Notes under the pieces: model-generated
What the model saw: the letters and a program-made list of their open reading frames with translations, nothing else
Databases searched by the model: none
What the model was told of the DNA's origin: nothing
Source of the DNA: Glaucostegus cemiculus
Taxonomy: Eukaryota
DNA: 64,000 bases
Reading direction: 5' to 3'
Assembly: GCA_976551045.1 (NCBI GenBank)
Contig: CDPCPM010000418.1
Coordinates: 3,348,001 to 3,412,000 of the forward strand
Position numbers and translations under genes: made by a program
Shown: in pieces, positions 38,401-50,590 of the stretch
Layout: each line of letters begins with the position of its first letter
Numbering within the stretch: the stretch's first letter is position 1

Positions 38401-39639
38401 TTTTTGATGGGTCTTTGAAAGATGTATCCAATTAGCTCCATTATTACATTGATGCTGTCTGAGCTGCTGAGTGTTTCCAACATTTTCTGTTTTTAGTTTC
38501 ATTACTACTGGTCTTTCTCTATGTTCCTGCAGATTATTTCCCTTCAAGCCTTTATCCCATTTCCCTTGCCTCTCTGACATGCCAATGCTGTAATCAGGCA
38601 GGCTGGAGATGACTGAATAATTCCCATGTCAATGAGATTTGGTGACTATAATGTTGGACATGACTGAACTTGATTTGATGCATATAATTTATATGTAACT
38701 ATCCTCCAATCATTCCTTTTTCCTGGAGGAATTACCTGCCCTTATTGGGGAAAGTTTATCAGATCATTTTCTAAGTAAATTGACTTTGTATGCTGTACAG
38801 CAGACTGCTGAGTCATAGACTACAACTCACCTCCAAATCATTGGCTGACCCAGTCTTGCCAATAAATATTCTGATTTCCTATTGAAAATTCTAGTGGAGA
38901 AGGGAACAGTTGATACATCCACTGGAGATTTGTTTCTTTGAGGACAGAACAGAGCAGAACAGCTGGATGCTTCATATCCAATGTTAAAGAGCCTAACTGC
39001 GATGCTGAGTGAAAAGGTAAAAGTGCCGACAGCTTTCAGGTTAAGAACAAAGAGGCTGCACCTCTGCTTGTCTCACCTTTTGTAGGCCCCTCTTTGTTCT
39101 TATCCAATGGACAGACTTCTCACCAGAGGAAAGTTAGTCCCTAGCTACCCTCTCACTCCATAACCATATTTTAACCATATGGAGCATTTCAATTAAATCA
39201 TTCATTAATCCTTTATATACAACGGAATTCATGCCTAGTTTATGTAACTAGTGCTCATAATTTAAAACTGGCTTGGACTTGGTTGGGGTTTGTGAATAGT
39301 TCTGCACAAAACTATTGGCAAGTACCCTTGTTAATGCCGGCAAGATTTGGGAAGTCTTAAACTTATAAGCCAACCTTTGCTAGTGATTTCCCACTGCTCT
39401 CCACCACTGGGCACCATGTGAAGTCCAACTATTGAGGAGGAGTTTGCTGGAATTCCCCAGCATTCACAATGGGGACTGGCACAAGGTCAACAAGCATGTT
39501 CATTTACATGGAGAATTCCCAGTTGCATAAGAGGTAAAAGTAGGATCAATTTTGATTAATTATATTCATTTTAATGTTTTTAATTATTTTAGAAGTGGTT
39601 CAAATGTTTTTATTTTAAAATACTTTCTTAATAATTCCA

Positions 39640-40180
39640 TTGACAATTGGAGTATAAAGTAAGGAAGTGATGCTACGACTGTAATATTGGTGAGACCACA
39701 TCTGCAGTACTGTGTACAGCTTTGGCCTCCCTATTTAAGGATAGTAAGGGAAGGTTCAATAGGTTGATTCCTGAAATGAAGGGGTTGTCTCAAAGAAAAG
39801 TTTAGTAGGATCAACAAATCTTCATCAGAGAAGATTTCTAAAGAATGAGAGGTGACTATTCTGAAACACATAAGATTCTGAAGTGACTTGAGAAAGTAGC
39901 TGCTGAAAGGATGGTTCAGAATAGGGGGCAACCAATATAAGAAGGAAATGAGGAGGAAATTCCTCTATCAGAGGGCTATGAACCTTTGGAATGCTCAACC
40001 CCAGAGAGCTGTTCAACCTGAGCTATTGAATAGATTTAAGGCTGAAATGGAAAGCTTTCTTTGTCTGTAGAGGGTATGAAGAACAGGCAGCTAAGTGTCA
40101 AGATCAGATCATTCATTATCTTACCGAATCGTGGAATAGACACGAGGGGCAAATGGCTACTCCTGTTCCTATTTCTTCTG
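39640..40180 (+). mobile_element. CR1 LINE 3' fragment
   Basis: ttggtgagaccacatctgcagtactgtgtacagctttggcctccctat (LVRPHLQYCVQLWPPY)..gaggggcaaatggctactcctgttcctatttct. Confidence 0.85.
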
Positions 40181-40804
40181 TTCTTACATATTTTAAAAAT
40201 TGTGTGTTCATCTTTAATAGCTTTGAAATATTCCTGAAACATTCAGTTGTATTGGAAATCTTTGCCAGCTGAAGATGAGCCTTGGCATCAAAGTTTTTGA
40301 CAGGACTTTCTTGGGAAGGGTTTGTTCTGGCCTATCGTATGACTCAGTTATGTCACGTGAAGCCCTAATGACATATAGGGCCACACCATTTTGTTACAGT
40401 ATAATATGGTCAGCAACTTTAACATATTTCAGATTCAGATGGGGTAAATGCAAAATATCGAAGTGCTTCAGGAGTAGATACAGGCTGCTGTGTCCAACAG
40501 GCAACATTTGGGTCTTAAATTCAAGTGAAAATGTGCAACCACTGCTCCAAGCCCAAAAGCACCTGCTTGAGGTACAGTGCTGAATGCAGTATGTCTTATC
40601 TGGATGATATCACCTCTAACAGTGCAGGACTCCCCCACTGTAGCACTTTCTTTTGCAGTCATGTCTTTGGATTCAGATGAACACAGCCCTCTCAACCTGA
40701 GCCTGCAAGGCCTTCCATTCCAGTTACACTACCTGTGTAAAATGTTGGACAATGAGTTTGTGCCCTGGGCATCGATTGCTACACAATTATAATTGCAATG
40801 CCAG

Positions 40805-41570
40805 CAAGGCTCATCTCATTGAACTCTTGGAGTCAGAAGATTGTGGATTCAATTCCCACTCCAGAGACATGAAGCATAGGCTGCCACTCCCAGTCAGCAC
40901 TAATAGAAGCACCAGTTGGGATGCAGATGGTAAAATGAGGCCTCATCTGCCCTCTCAGATGCTTGTGAAAAATCAAAATAGTTTTGATAAACAGCAAGTG
41001 AGTTCTTTTATTGGGCTGGCCAATGTTTACCCCTCAATCAAAATCACCAAAAAAGTTTATGTGGTCATCATCACACTGGTTTGCAGGAGTTTGCTGTGTG
41101 TAAATCGACCAGTGTTTCTGAAGACCTCCAGTGGCTTCGCCAACTGAATACTGAAAGGCATGGATAGAGTGAAATGTAAAGAGGATGGTTCCATTAAGAG
41201 AGTCTAGGATCTGAGGGCACAGCCTCAGAATAAAGAAACGTCCCTTTAAAACTGAGATGCAATAGAATTTCTACAGACATAACGTGGTGAATTTGTGGTA
41301 TTCATTGCCACAGGGGGCTGTGTAGGCCAAGTCATTGGGTGTATTTAAGGCAGAGATTAATAGGTTCTTGATTGGTAAGGGGGTTAAGGGTTACGGGAAG
41401 AAGGCAGAAGAATGGGGTTAAAAAAAATCAGTCATGATTGAATGGAGGAGGAAACTCGACGGGCTGAATGGCCTAATTCTGCTTCTCTATCTTATGATCT
41501 TATGGTCTATGGCTTTAAGGTGCTTTGAGGCTGTGACAGGGCCTAGAGAAGTACAAGCTTCTGATTTCTT
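40805..41570 (+). mobile_element. Deu-domain SINE split by a CR1 insertion
   Basis: Head and core 40805-41140 (gagtcagaagattgtggattcaattcccactccagagac..ctggccaatgtttacccctcaatc); tail resumes ~41510. Confidence 0.75.
41145..41508 (+). mobile_element. CR1 LINE 3' end (relatively young)
   Basis: atactgaaaggc..gagtctaggatctgagggcacagcctcagaataaag..gggctgaatggcctaattctgct..cttatgatcttatggtc. Confidence 0.9.
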
Positions 41571-42892
41571 CTATGACTCACTGCAGATTAACAACAGAAC
41601 CTCCGAGCTTCCAGTTTCCCCAGCTCTGGTGAAGCATTCGCCGGCGCCTTGCCTATCAGGCAACCTCCCCACCAGGAACAGTTTGACCAAAGGCAGGTCC
41701 TTTGCTGAAGAAAGAATAAAAAAAGAAGTTGGAGAGCAGATCTGCCCCACTTTGCAGATGTACTATTCCCCAAAGGAAAAGAGAGAAGCTCTAATTTCAC
41801 AGCCCTGTGCACTTGAGAAACCAAGTCAGCTTTCTCCCCTGAGGGGCCCAGATCTGGCTGCAGCACAGACTGACCTATTTGTTAAAGTACATCAATGAAA
41901 TATTATTTTAAACTACATTCTGAAGGTAAAGTCAAACCATCTGGATCACTGCAGGAGTCAACAGAGAATTCTCCGGTTTCCCTGCGAAGGCTCCATTTAC
42001 AATAATCTATCATAATCGAGCTTTCAGGATGTTCTCTGAGAGTTGTGTTCACTCCCCTCCCCACCAAGAAAAAAAATAGTCTCTGAGGGCTAGACAAAAC
42101 CATCTACCTCGGCTGGATCCAAAGTTTGCTGTTTGTAATTACTAATTATGAATGAGAGGTGTGTCTTCATATGCCAAAGTGGGCATTAAACATGTTCACA
42201 AGGCCTGACAAAGTAGTGCAAAAGGTGCTGGAATTGAAGGATTGAGCAGCACTGAAGCAGGCCATTCAGCCCACTGAGCTTGTGTCAGCTCATTGAAAGA
42301 TCTTTGCTACTTCCCTACCCTTTTCTATAACCCTGCATGTTGCTGAATCTGTTTCAAACAGTGCATTCCAGACCAGAACACCTTACTGTGTGTAAAGATT
42401 CTCCTTATACTCCCTGTGGCTTTTTTGTCAAATAGCATAATCCATGGCCTCAGGTTAGAGAAGCAGGAGCTCTTTCCTTTGTTTAAAAAAAACCTCATAA
42501 TTTGGAACAGCTCTATTAAATCTTCCCTTACCATTTTCTACTGTAATACATATTGCAGCTTCTCCAGTCTCTCTTATCTCTATGGATAAAGCTGGGCTAG
42601 TCAGTCCATCAAGACTGCTCTTCCATGTTCTGAGCTATTGCAGCTCTGTTCTCTAATCTGTTTTTGCTTATTCAATCAAAGCCATCCTGCAAGATTAAAA
42701 ATTGTTTTTAAAATTTCTCATTTATCCTCCCAGTCTTAAATGTGAGAAAGCTTCTGAGGCAGGAATGCCTCATTGTCATCTACTCAGGCACCGCACTATC
42801 TATCAATGGACAATTTTCATACTTTTCTTGTTGGGGACAAGTGTTGAGGAGATTCAGTTTTGTGGAGGCACTTAAGATTGGGATTAAAAAAA

Positions 42893-42985
42893 AAGATGCT
42901 GGAGGAACTGCCTGGCCTGCTGAGTTCCTCCAGCATCTTGTTTTTTCATTTAAATTCCACAACTTGCAGTCCTTTGTTTCTCTAA
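42893..42985. mobile_element. Internally deleted Penelope-derived palindrome
   Basis: Perfect 17-bp inverted repeat aagatgctggaggaact / agttcctccagcatctt with 13-nt loop, then same tail type as the 9.9 kb copy. Confidence 0.75.
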
Positions 42986-43169
42986 GGCTGAGATAATTTC
43001 CCTTCATGGAGATCTTAGTGGAGATGTTAAACACCACGAATGATTTTGGTAAATAAAGAGCAACTGTTTCCAGAAAGACATGAATTTATGGGAATTTACA
43101 AATGAACCAAAAGCAACATGAAGAAACATTTGTTTTAACAGCGAGTTACTTCAGGCTGGAATGCACTGC

Positions 43170-43580
43170 CTCAAGAAGGCACCATCTATCATCAAAGATA
43201 GTCATCATCCAGGCCATGCCATCTTCATGCAGCTACCACTGGGCAGGAAGTACAGAAGCCTTAAGTCCCACACCAGTAGGTTGAAGAACAGCTACTCCCT
43301 TCAACCATTCAGTTCCTGAACCAACCTGCACAACCCTAATCACTACTTCGGTAAAGCAACACTATAACTACTTTGACTACTTTGCACTACAATGGACTTT
43401 TTTTGTTCTAATTATGTTCTTTCTTGTATAATTTTGCATAATTTGTTTAGTTTATGTTTTTCTTGTGAATGTTATGCCTTTAATGCTATGTGCCTATGAT
43501 GCTGCTACAAGTAAGTTTTTCATTGCACCTGTGCATACATGTACTTGTGCATCTGACAATAAACTTGACTTTGACTTTGA
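43170..43580 (+). mobile_element. Rex1/Babar-like non-LTR 3' end, inserted in a CR1 remnant
   Basis: LKKAPSIIKDSHHPGHAIF.QLPLGRKYRSLKSHTSRLKNSY; tail aataaacttgactttgactttga. Confidence 0.8.
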
Positions 43581-43869
43581 AATGGTGGTGGTAGCAGATT
43601 CAACAGCAATATTCAAAAAATAGTTGTATAAATGAGACAAAACATTATAGGACAATGGGAATATACAGTAGATTGAGTGGGATTAATTGACTAGCTCTTC
43701 CAAAGGGTTGCTACAATAATTTTGGACGGCTTTTTGTGTGCAGTACGATCCTGTGAATTCTGCAATAACCTCACCTCTGCAATGTTTATTCACTTCAGTG
43801 TAATTGTCGCCATTGGGATCAAGAGAAACATCTGAAATTCTTGACAGTGCAAGACATAATAGAAATTTG

Positions 43870-45480
43870 CAGCAAGGACAGACACCATTCTAAGACTATC
43901 CAGCCTAATCCCACTTCCCAATTCATGGTCCACAGCAAGTGTTACTGCATTTCAAGTTCTCATTCTGGTCCTTTATAGTTGCAGTAAGGATTTCTACCTC
44001 TATCACTCCTTCAGATACTAAGTCCCAGACCTCTAAACTCGGCATGAAAAAAAATCCACACCCTCAATTCTTCTTGTAATTACCTCAAACCTATTCTCCT
44101 TAGTTACTGATTCCTTCACAGCATTTCAGCTCCTCTTAATTTTATACACGTCAGTTAAATCTCCTCTCTTTTGTTCCAAAGAAAACAATCCTAACCTGGC
44201 CAAGACTCCTTGTAACTAATTTTTTTCAGCCTTCTTATATGCCATAATTCACCTCTGTGGCTTCTACTGCCACCTCATTTTGCATGTAATATGGTGACTA
44301 GAACCATCCTAGCTGAGGCTATGTTGTGCTTTATACAGTTATAACACCAGGCCTTAGCTCTTGTAGTCAATTTCTCAAACAAAAATGAAATCCTGTATGC
44401 CTTCTTAACCACCATAACTATCTGTCCAGAGATTTGTGGTCAGAAACTCTAAGGTTCCACCTAGTACTCTGCATTTCTCAATATGCTACCAATTATTATG
44501 TAATCCTTTGCCTTGTTTATACTCCAAAATGCATTATTTCACTCTTCAATAGACTGAATTCCATTTACTAATTTTCTGCCCACCTGCCCAGTCCTATAGT
44601 CCACATTTTTCTTTCTCATGAGCAATTACGCAGCCAATTTTGTATCATTTGCAAACTTCATCATCTAAGCTCCCACATTTAATTCTGAATTATTGATATT
44701 TACCACATAAAGCATATATAAAATATATATACATACCGCATAACTCTGAGCCCAGAGGAACACTGAAGCAGCCTTCTGGTCACTAAAACACCCTTCTGGT
44801 CACTAAAACACCCAACAACCATTACAATTTGCTTACTGCCACTGAGCAAATTGTGAATCCAGAATGCCCTTTTGCATTAGATCCATAGGCTTTTACTCTA
44901 CAGATCAATCTCACAAAACCTTTACAAATTTCATCAAACGAAATTTCATCATTGATACTCCTTGTAACCACCCCAAACAATTCAAGTTAGTCAGACATGA
45001 ATTTCCTTGAGGAATTAAAGGAATTAAACAATTCTTTAGGAAATTCATGATGACTGTCTCAAATAATCTGTGTCTTTCTAAATTACCATCTATACTCTCC
45101 TGCAAATTTTTTTCTGATAATTTCCTACTCACTGAGATTAGGCTGACTGCCCTGATTATTCGGTCTATCCCTTTCCCCTCTTGTGAGCAACATTAGGAGT
45201 TTTCCAGAACCTCAACTCCACACCTGTGCACCAAATGTAGGATTAGTGTGAATGGCTGGTTGACGTCTGGTGTGACTCGATGGGTGGAAGGATCTGTTTC
45301 CGTGCTGTATCTCTCTGTGGCTCTCTCTGCAACTCTATGACTCTAAAAGTGGAAATTGATGGTCAGAGTCTGAGCTATTTTCTTTGTTATTCTTCCTAAC
45401 ATGCTGGGATTTGTTTCATTGGCGCACAGTGAATTATCTACCTTCAAAGAAGCAAAACCCTTCCTCTCGTGTTTGTCTCT
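43870..45480 (-). mobile_element. Long degraded CR1 LINE remnant
   Basis: ttaaatctcctctc..ttccaaagaaaac; ctgaattccatt..ttttctgcccacct; tttgtatcatttgcaaactt (reverse KFANDTK); aagttagtcagacatgaatt. Confidence 0.7.
45225..45345 (+). mobile_element. HE1-like SINE 3' end nested in CR1
   Basis: aatgtaggattagtgtgaatggctggttga..gactcgatggg..gaaggatctgtttccgtgctgtatctctct..ctctatgactcta. Confidence 0.7.
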
Positions 45481-46221
45481 TTGCATAGCTCACACTCAAC
45501 ACTGAAATTGATATCATACACCTCTGAAGAGCAAAATGAAGTATTTGTTAAAAAAAAAATACCCCTTGCCTTCCACTTTCTCACAGGTTACCTTTTTTTA
45601 ATCTCTAATAAACATTAGATATCCTCATGTTTATTAAGTACCTTTAACACACCTTAGGGTTGATCTTGATTATGTTTACCAATATTTTTTTTTCAAACCC
45701 TCTCTTTGCCTTTCTAACTTGCATTTTCACTACACTGTCTCACTTTGTATACTCCCCTCCACCTTCTGTTATACTGGGCTCTCAGTAAGGATGTAAGTGT
45801 TCCTTTTTTGACATCCTATCCTGTAAGCTCCTAGATATCCATGGACTTTAGATGTTTCTCTGTGGGAATTTATATGATCATAATCTGAATTATCATGTTA
45901 AATGTCTTCACTAAGATCATAATCCTGATATGGAGAACAGGAGATTTTAATTTTACTGTAGACTCCTGGCAAAGCTACCTTGAGATATTAGAGCCTTGTA
46001 CTATGCTAATACATAGCAGCCTAGGGTATTCAGAGATTCAATGGGTTGCTTTATAGCCTGTTTGTCTCTGATCTTTCATTGTCAGCTAGAAAATAAGAAA
46101 ACAAACAAGATTCCAATTAAACATTACTAAAAGGATCTCACCTGACTAATGATGTAAGTTACATACCATATAAAATAAACTTGCATTTAACATGATGAAG
46201 TAGTCTGAGGTGGTTTATAGG

Positions 46222-46558
46222 AACCACACATCAACACAGGTGCACCTCAAGGATGCGTGCTTAGCCCACTGCTCTATTCTCTCTACACTCATGACTGTGT
46301 GGCTAGGCACAGCTCAAACACTATCTATAAATTCGCTGACGGCACCACTGTTGCTGGCAGAATCTCAGATGGCGATGAAGAGGCGTTCAGGAATGAGATA
46401 GATCGGCTGGTTGAATTGTATCACAAAAACAACCTCGCACTCAACGTCAGCAAGATCAAGGCAACTTATAGTAATTTTTATGTCTTGCACTGTACTGCTG
46501 CCACAAAACAACAGATTTCATGAAATATGCCAGTGATAATAAACCTGATTCTGATTCC
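46222..46558 (+). mobile_element. Rex1/Babar-like RT fragment joined directly to its 3' tail
   Basis: INTGAPQGCVLSPLLYSLYTHDCVA..IYKFADGTTV..LALNVSKIK, then tail gataataaacctgattctgattc; flanked by pieces of a minus-strand L2 (~46175-46900). Confidence 0.9.
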
Positions 46559-47624
46559 AAACATCAAATAAAATTAGATGTTGAACCATATAAGGAATAT
46601 TAAAAAACGGTGACCAAAATGCTTAAAGCAGCAGGTTTCAAGAATGCAAAAGAGGTTGAGAGACAAAGAGAGACAGGAGTGTTACAGAGCTAAGGCTATC
46701 AATAAGATGGAAATGATGAAACACGGGAGATTGGAATTGGAGGAATGCTTCTTCTTCAGAGGGTTGTCACACTGAAGGAGATTACAAAGGGGAGGGTCAC
46801 AAGTGTGAAAACTACAAAGTTAAGGAGATGCCTGACCAGGAATCAATGTTGGCCAACAAGCCTACAAGTGACAGGGATTGATAACAACTGGCACTGAGAT
46901 CAGAATGTTGCTTAATAGTTTAGAAAAAAAGGCAAAGACTTTATATTACATTCTCTCTCATTAACATAAATATATCTTTCTCCCTCTGAGTTCTTAGATT
47001 GACTAAGATTGGTAAGAATTTTATTAGTAAGAGTATCAAGGAAGGGTTAGTGGGCCATCTGTGATCTTGTTAAATGAAACATCTGCTTTGATGATCTAAA
47101 TGGCCTATTTCTGTTCTTATATTCCCCTGTTCCTGAAGATGTTGACTCTGATTTTGGATCCGTAGCTACCAGTCATCATATGGTACTTCACTGAGTATAT
47201 TTTGACAGTTGATTGCAGGGAGGTTTAGAATGGGGTGAGCAGGGAAAGAGGGAAGGTGGCAGTCACATGCTCTCAGCTAATGTCCATTCATGTAGTGAAC
47301 AGGAATGGGAAGGCTAGTTAAGTACTGCACTCTTAAGCTCAGGGTGGTGCTTCTCTTTTCACTCCTGTGGGATGATCTAATCTATTGTTTCTATTATACA
47401 ACCACCCTGGAATCAACCAAGAATTCCATGTGTACCTGCAAAATTTGTATCTGCAATTACATTTCAGTAGGTTAATGTTCCATCTCTTCCCAAATGTTAA
47501 TTTATTCCTTTCCTGTTGGTTCCTTGGGTCAAAGCACAATGGAATTCTGAGTGAGGTTGTTCAGAGATCTAAGAGGCAGTGTGAGAATGGCTGCTGCTCC
47601 AAAGTGCCATCTTTGTATTCTTAT

Positions 47625-47925
47625 TCTGAACTCCCTTCCTAGCTCTGGACCCGCTTCCAGCCCTACAAATCACTAGGATCTCTGCACCTCTCCATTCCTG
47701 GCCTCTTCTATTTCTCTTATTTCCAAAATTCCACCATTGGCAAATGTGCTTCAGCTTTCTGCGCCCAAACCTGTAATTCTCTGATTCTCCACTTTCCTCT
47801 CCCACCCCCATCACCCTGAAGACCTTTCTTTAAACCCAACTATTCACCCAAGTTTTTGCTTACTTATCCAAGTACCTCCTCATGCAGTTCCGTATGGAAC
47901 TTTGTCTGATAATGCTCCTAAGAGG
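47625..47925 (+). mobile_element. L2-like LINE 3' fragment
   Basis: ccttcctagctctg..ccagccctacaa..ggatctctgcacctctccattcctggcctct..tttgtctgataatgctcct. Confidence 0.7.
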
Positions 47926-48459
47926 AAGGTTGTAAGAATGCCAGCTTGTTTGAATGCAAGATGGTCTTCCTACAAATTTCCAGTATTTCCTTCTTTTCAG
48001 TCAACTGGCAGGCCCTTGATGTTCAATGACTTTCCCTGTGGATGCGTGATATTTTAATCATACATATTAATGCTACCCAAAACCTCAGCCCTGTTTCCAC
48101 CCAGAAGGCTCACCAGCCCCTACAAGTCCCCATCTATGTCGTACGTTAATCTGTCTTGGAAATATGTTGTTATTTAGTCTAAATCCCAGAACTTCTAAAC
48201 TAATCATGATGAGGAGGCACATTCATCAGAAGGACTGCAGCTGTTCAAGAAGATGGTACATCACCGTCTTGTCAAGGTTAGTTAGAGGTAGGGAGTAAAT
48301 GTTGGCCTTCATCCATAAAGGAACAAAAATAAGTTAGCCAGCTGGCTACAAACACTGTACACATGTACATATAAAGCAAAAAAAATCCCTGACCCCTTTT
48401 CCCAAAGCTATTCTCTCAACTCAACCTTGAGAAATTTATAAACTGCAAGAAACACTCAC

Positions 48460-48494
48460 CTCTTTGTTCTTCTCTTTCAAAACTTCTCTTTTTT
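48460..48494 (-). other. Candidate 35-nt exon
   Basis: Acceptor atttattctttttaattgcaaactgtatttctttttgCAG|, donor GAG|GTGAGT; purine-rich; open as KREVLKEKNKE or KKRSFEREEQR. Confidence 0.55.
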
Positions 48495-49389
48495 CTGCAA
48501 AAAGAAATACAGTTTGCAATTAAAAAGAATAAATCATGAAACTTGCCACACAATATAATCTTGGCCTTAGAGACCTGAAAGTCCCAGGCTTGTTAAACCA
48601 AGATAAAATTCTGGCTGCTCATCACAATTGGGGTGAATAACAGGAGCTGGGATAGTTCTCCTTAGTAAAGAGTTTTTTTTAAAAAAAGAGTTCAACATTA
48701 TGAACAATTTTTGAGAGAACAAACTAGCGGAAATGATTTGCACCAGTGCAAGGGTTGGGAGCCAGAGGTTTCAGACAAAAGAAAACAGAAGAAGGATGAA
48801 GAGAACATAATTCATGCAATGAAGTTTGGCATTGGCTGAAAGACTAGTAGAAGTGGAATCAACAGTAATTTTCAAAAGGGATCTAGATTAAAATTTAACA
48901 GGAAGAAAATTGTTGGGCTTTGCATAAAGGGATATTTGGTAGATAATTGGCTAGAATCTTTCAAAGATCTGCACAGGCTATGGGTGGAATGGCTTCCTTT
49001 GATTTTACTATAGTGAAAGAAGCCGCATACTTCATTCTTCATCTGAGACTTCGTTTGATTCTTTCAGGCACTGCATTCCACATCAGTACAATTCGCTGCC
49101 TTAAAAAAATCCACATCTTTAACATTTGGCTCTTTTGCCAATTGCCTAATATCTGTGTGTTTTGATTAACGAACTTCTGTCTTCTATGGTAAAAGCGAAA
49201 GTTCAAGGTGCGTCATCAAAACATTACCATTGAGTACAATGTTGCAAGACATATTTTTAAGACTTGCTTATTTATTAACAGTCAAAGGTGCATTGAACGC
49301 TTTGCAGGAATGAACATAAGCTATCCCATGGTTCGTTGGGACTGTACAGCACAACACAGGTTAGTCAAGGCACAAACTCTATTCCCTAG

Positions 49390-50120
49390 CTGAACTCCAT
49401 CCTACTCTCTGACCATTATCTGAACTTGAATCAGACTATTCACCTTTGGCTTTGAGTTGAGCTTCTGACAATGTACAGTATCTCTGCCACTGCTAGGGTT
49501 GTTACAAAGAGGCAACTAAACAATCACGCAAGCCTACCTCCCATTCTGCCTCAGCTCATCTGGTGCTGAAACTCTCATTGAGGTCGAAGTTGCATTTAGT
49601 TGCTGCACTACTTGGATGGCTCTTATCTTCCATATTCCATAAATCTGAGACCACCCAAACTGGCACCATTAACCAGTGTTTGCTGACCTACATTGGCTCC
49701 CCATTAAGCAAAACCTCATTGAGAATGCTCAAACTTGTATTCTAGTCACTCAGTGCTTTTGATTACCTGGCTAAATACCTCCTAATCTGATGGGAAATCT
49801 TGATCACGGACGCTTCAATAATCTTCCCAACCCTGTGACCATTTACAGGCTTAAGGTCTGTCTCAAACACCACATTGCTCCACTTCTGCTTTCAGCTATA
49901 TATACCCCATGCTCTTGAATTCTCTGTCTAAAACTGAGCCCTCCTCTCCATTCTAATCTGCTTCATTAAACCTTCCTCTTTGAAATCTGTCTTGATATCA
50001 GCTTATGAAGCTTGATGTCATATTTTGTTTGATTATGGCTCCTGTCCCAATGCAAAAAATTTGGCTGGGCTTCTTCTCTTGAGCAATGTCTGATAACTAC
50101 TGATGAGAAGTCTGTCTGTG
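49390..50120 (+). mobile_element. L2-like LINE remnant (ORF2 end plus 3' UTR)
   Basis: ctgaacttgaatcagact..ctgcctcagctcatctggtgctgaaactctcatt..gctgacctacattggctccc..tgtctgataactact. Confidence 0.7.
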
Positions 50121-50224
50121 CTGATCCTGGGTGACATTTACCTGCAATGCCCTCCAAAGATGATCTGGCATTCATTACCAAGGACAAGGAACATTTGTAT
50201 GGGTGCTAGCAAAGGGTCTGTGGT

Positions 50225-50590
50225 CAACAGTCCTGGCTCTTAAGGCAGAAGAGTATGGGTTCAAACCCACTCCAGCCATGACAGCATACAATTTATTGTA
50301 GTGCTCCCACCACATTATATTAAACCAAGGTCCTGTCTGCCTTCTTAAGTGGACACAAATGATCCTGCGGTATTACTGGGAAGAAGAGGGGAGTCATACT
50401 TCATATCCTGATTAATATTTATCACTCAAACAACATCTCTAAAATGTAGGTGATCCGGTTAACACCACATTGATGGACTCTGCTGTGCACAAATTGGTTG
50501 CCATGTTTCCCACATTATAACAGCGACATAAACAGATTCTTGGCTAAGGTCATGAAAGATGCAGTATAAATGTAAGCTTATTCTTTCTCT
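50225..50590 (+). mobile_element. Deu-domain SINE
   Basis: tgggttcaaacccactccag..ttaaaccaaggtcctgtctgcc..gctgtgcacaaattggttgccatgtttcccacatta..ggtcatgaaag..ataaatgtaag. Confidence 0.8.

Noticed and set aside
41434-41898. 154-aa ORF with an internal acceptor at ~41586
   Set aside because: N-terminal third is CR1 and SINE tail, the acceptor derives from the SINE end, and no domain is recognisable
44772-44811. 20-bp direct duplication (also 13-bp at 54343-54368)
   Set aside because: Ordinary local tandem duplications in or beside decayed repeats
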